The position numbers were made by a program, and so were the translations under genes. DNA of 64,000 nucleotides from Amoebidium appalachense (taxonomy: Eukaryota; Protista; Ichthyosporea). The stretch covers positions 10,260,101 to 10,324,100 of the forward strand of contig CAVNZM010000003.1 in assembly GCA_963693365.1 (NCBI GenBank). The letters run 5' to 3'. The notes beneath the pieces were generated by a model. That model was not told where the DNA came from. It worked only from the letters and a program-made list of their open reading frames with translations, and made no database searches. Of the stretch, positions 58,830 through 64,000 are shown in pieces; within the stretch, counting starts at the first letter, position 1, and the number at the start of each line of letters is the position of its first letter.

Positions 58830-59393
58830 CGCAGTCACTGTTAAGCACACAGCACAGCATTCGAGCCAAGCTTTTCTGCCTAGTAAGCAAATAGCTCGAT
58901 GATTCAATCTGAATGCATGTATAAACTTTGAAGGTGTACAGTGACTGTGAGGCCGCCAGTTACAGTGGTTGACTCCAGTGATAAAGACGGATGATGCGTC
59001 ATCAAGGGGGGCGTATGTAAGACTACAAGTATAGGTCCACCCGATCTGCTGGCAGTAGTCTACAGTATACATACCCGGAGGTATATAAATAAGCATGTCA
59101 GGGTATAAGCTCCACAAATCCATATGCATCCGGATCCACCGAAACATCTACTGAAGCTACAAAAGTTTTTCAAGATTCATTGTGTACAAACTTATATCAT
59201 ACATACAGCATCACATTTTCACACGGCATTGAATTCTTTTAACATCTTGTAGAACACGACCTCTTCAAGTTTTTCTGCTGGAAAGTGTCCTTGCCATTCG
59301 TTCAGATCATCGTTCTCCCATCCACACAGGAACCAGCAGCATCTCTGCAAACGTTTACCTTACAACGACGTATACGTTTATCGAACCAGGAAG
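58830..59393. promoter_or_regulatory. Putative bidirectional promoter between WDR33 and KXD1
   Basis: Head-to-head starts less than 700 bp apart in repeat-free sequence; TGCGTCA at about 58995 and TATATAAA at about 59082. Confidence 0.55.

Positions 59394-64000
<4,607 letters not shown>

Overview
Eukaryotic genomic DNA. Taxon is inference only: gene content suggests an opisthokont, possibly a unicellular holozoan. Introns and spacers are filled with poly-G/poly-C, (CA/GT)n and (CT/GA)n tracts, so almost all ORFs in the supplied track are low-complexity artefacts. Genes reconstructed by hand from GT-AG splicing: NAP1 (12 coding exons, +, 18931-26416), WDR33/Pfs2 (about 20 exons, -, 40272-58728), KXD1 (+, 59394 to window end, head-to-head with WDR33) and a SYCE2-like synaptonemal-complex gene (+, 32790-34482). 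Four intronless genes: a single-finger C2H2 protein, a cysteine-free redoxin-fold protein, a small two-helix membrane protein and a 289-aa orphan. The 3' end of an unidentified gene lies at the left edge. Most notable unexplained structure: (1) about 17 copies of a roughly 110-300 bp repeat, some head-to-tail, every intronic copy in the host-sense orientation, carrying hammerhead-ribozyme-like core motifs (GUCGAAAC-UCGG-GUA and CUGA[G/U]GAUG) with pairing stem-II arms, i.e. retrozyme/Penelope-like; (2) repeated tandem duplications anchored on splice sites, copying the acceptor or donor plus the exon edge; (3) many 3' splice sites with A- or CA-rich tracts instead of a U-rich tract; (4) a 1.8-kb foldback element with about 520-bp arms. 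All protein comparisons are from memory; no searches were run.
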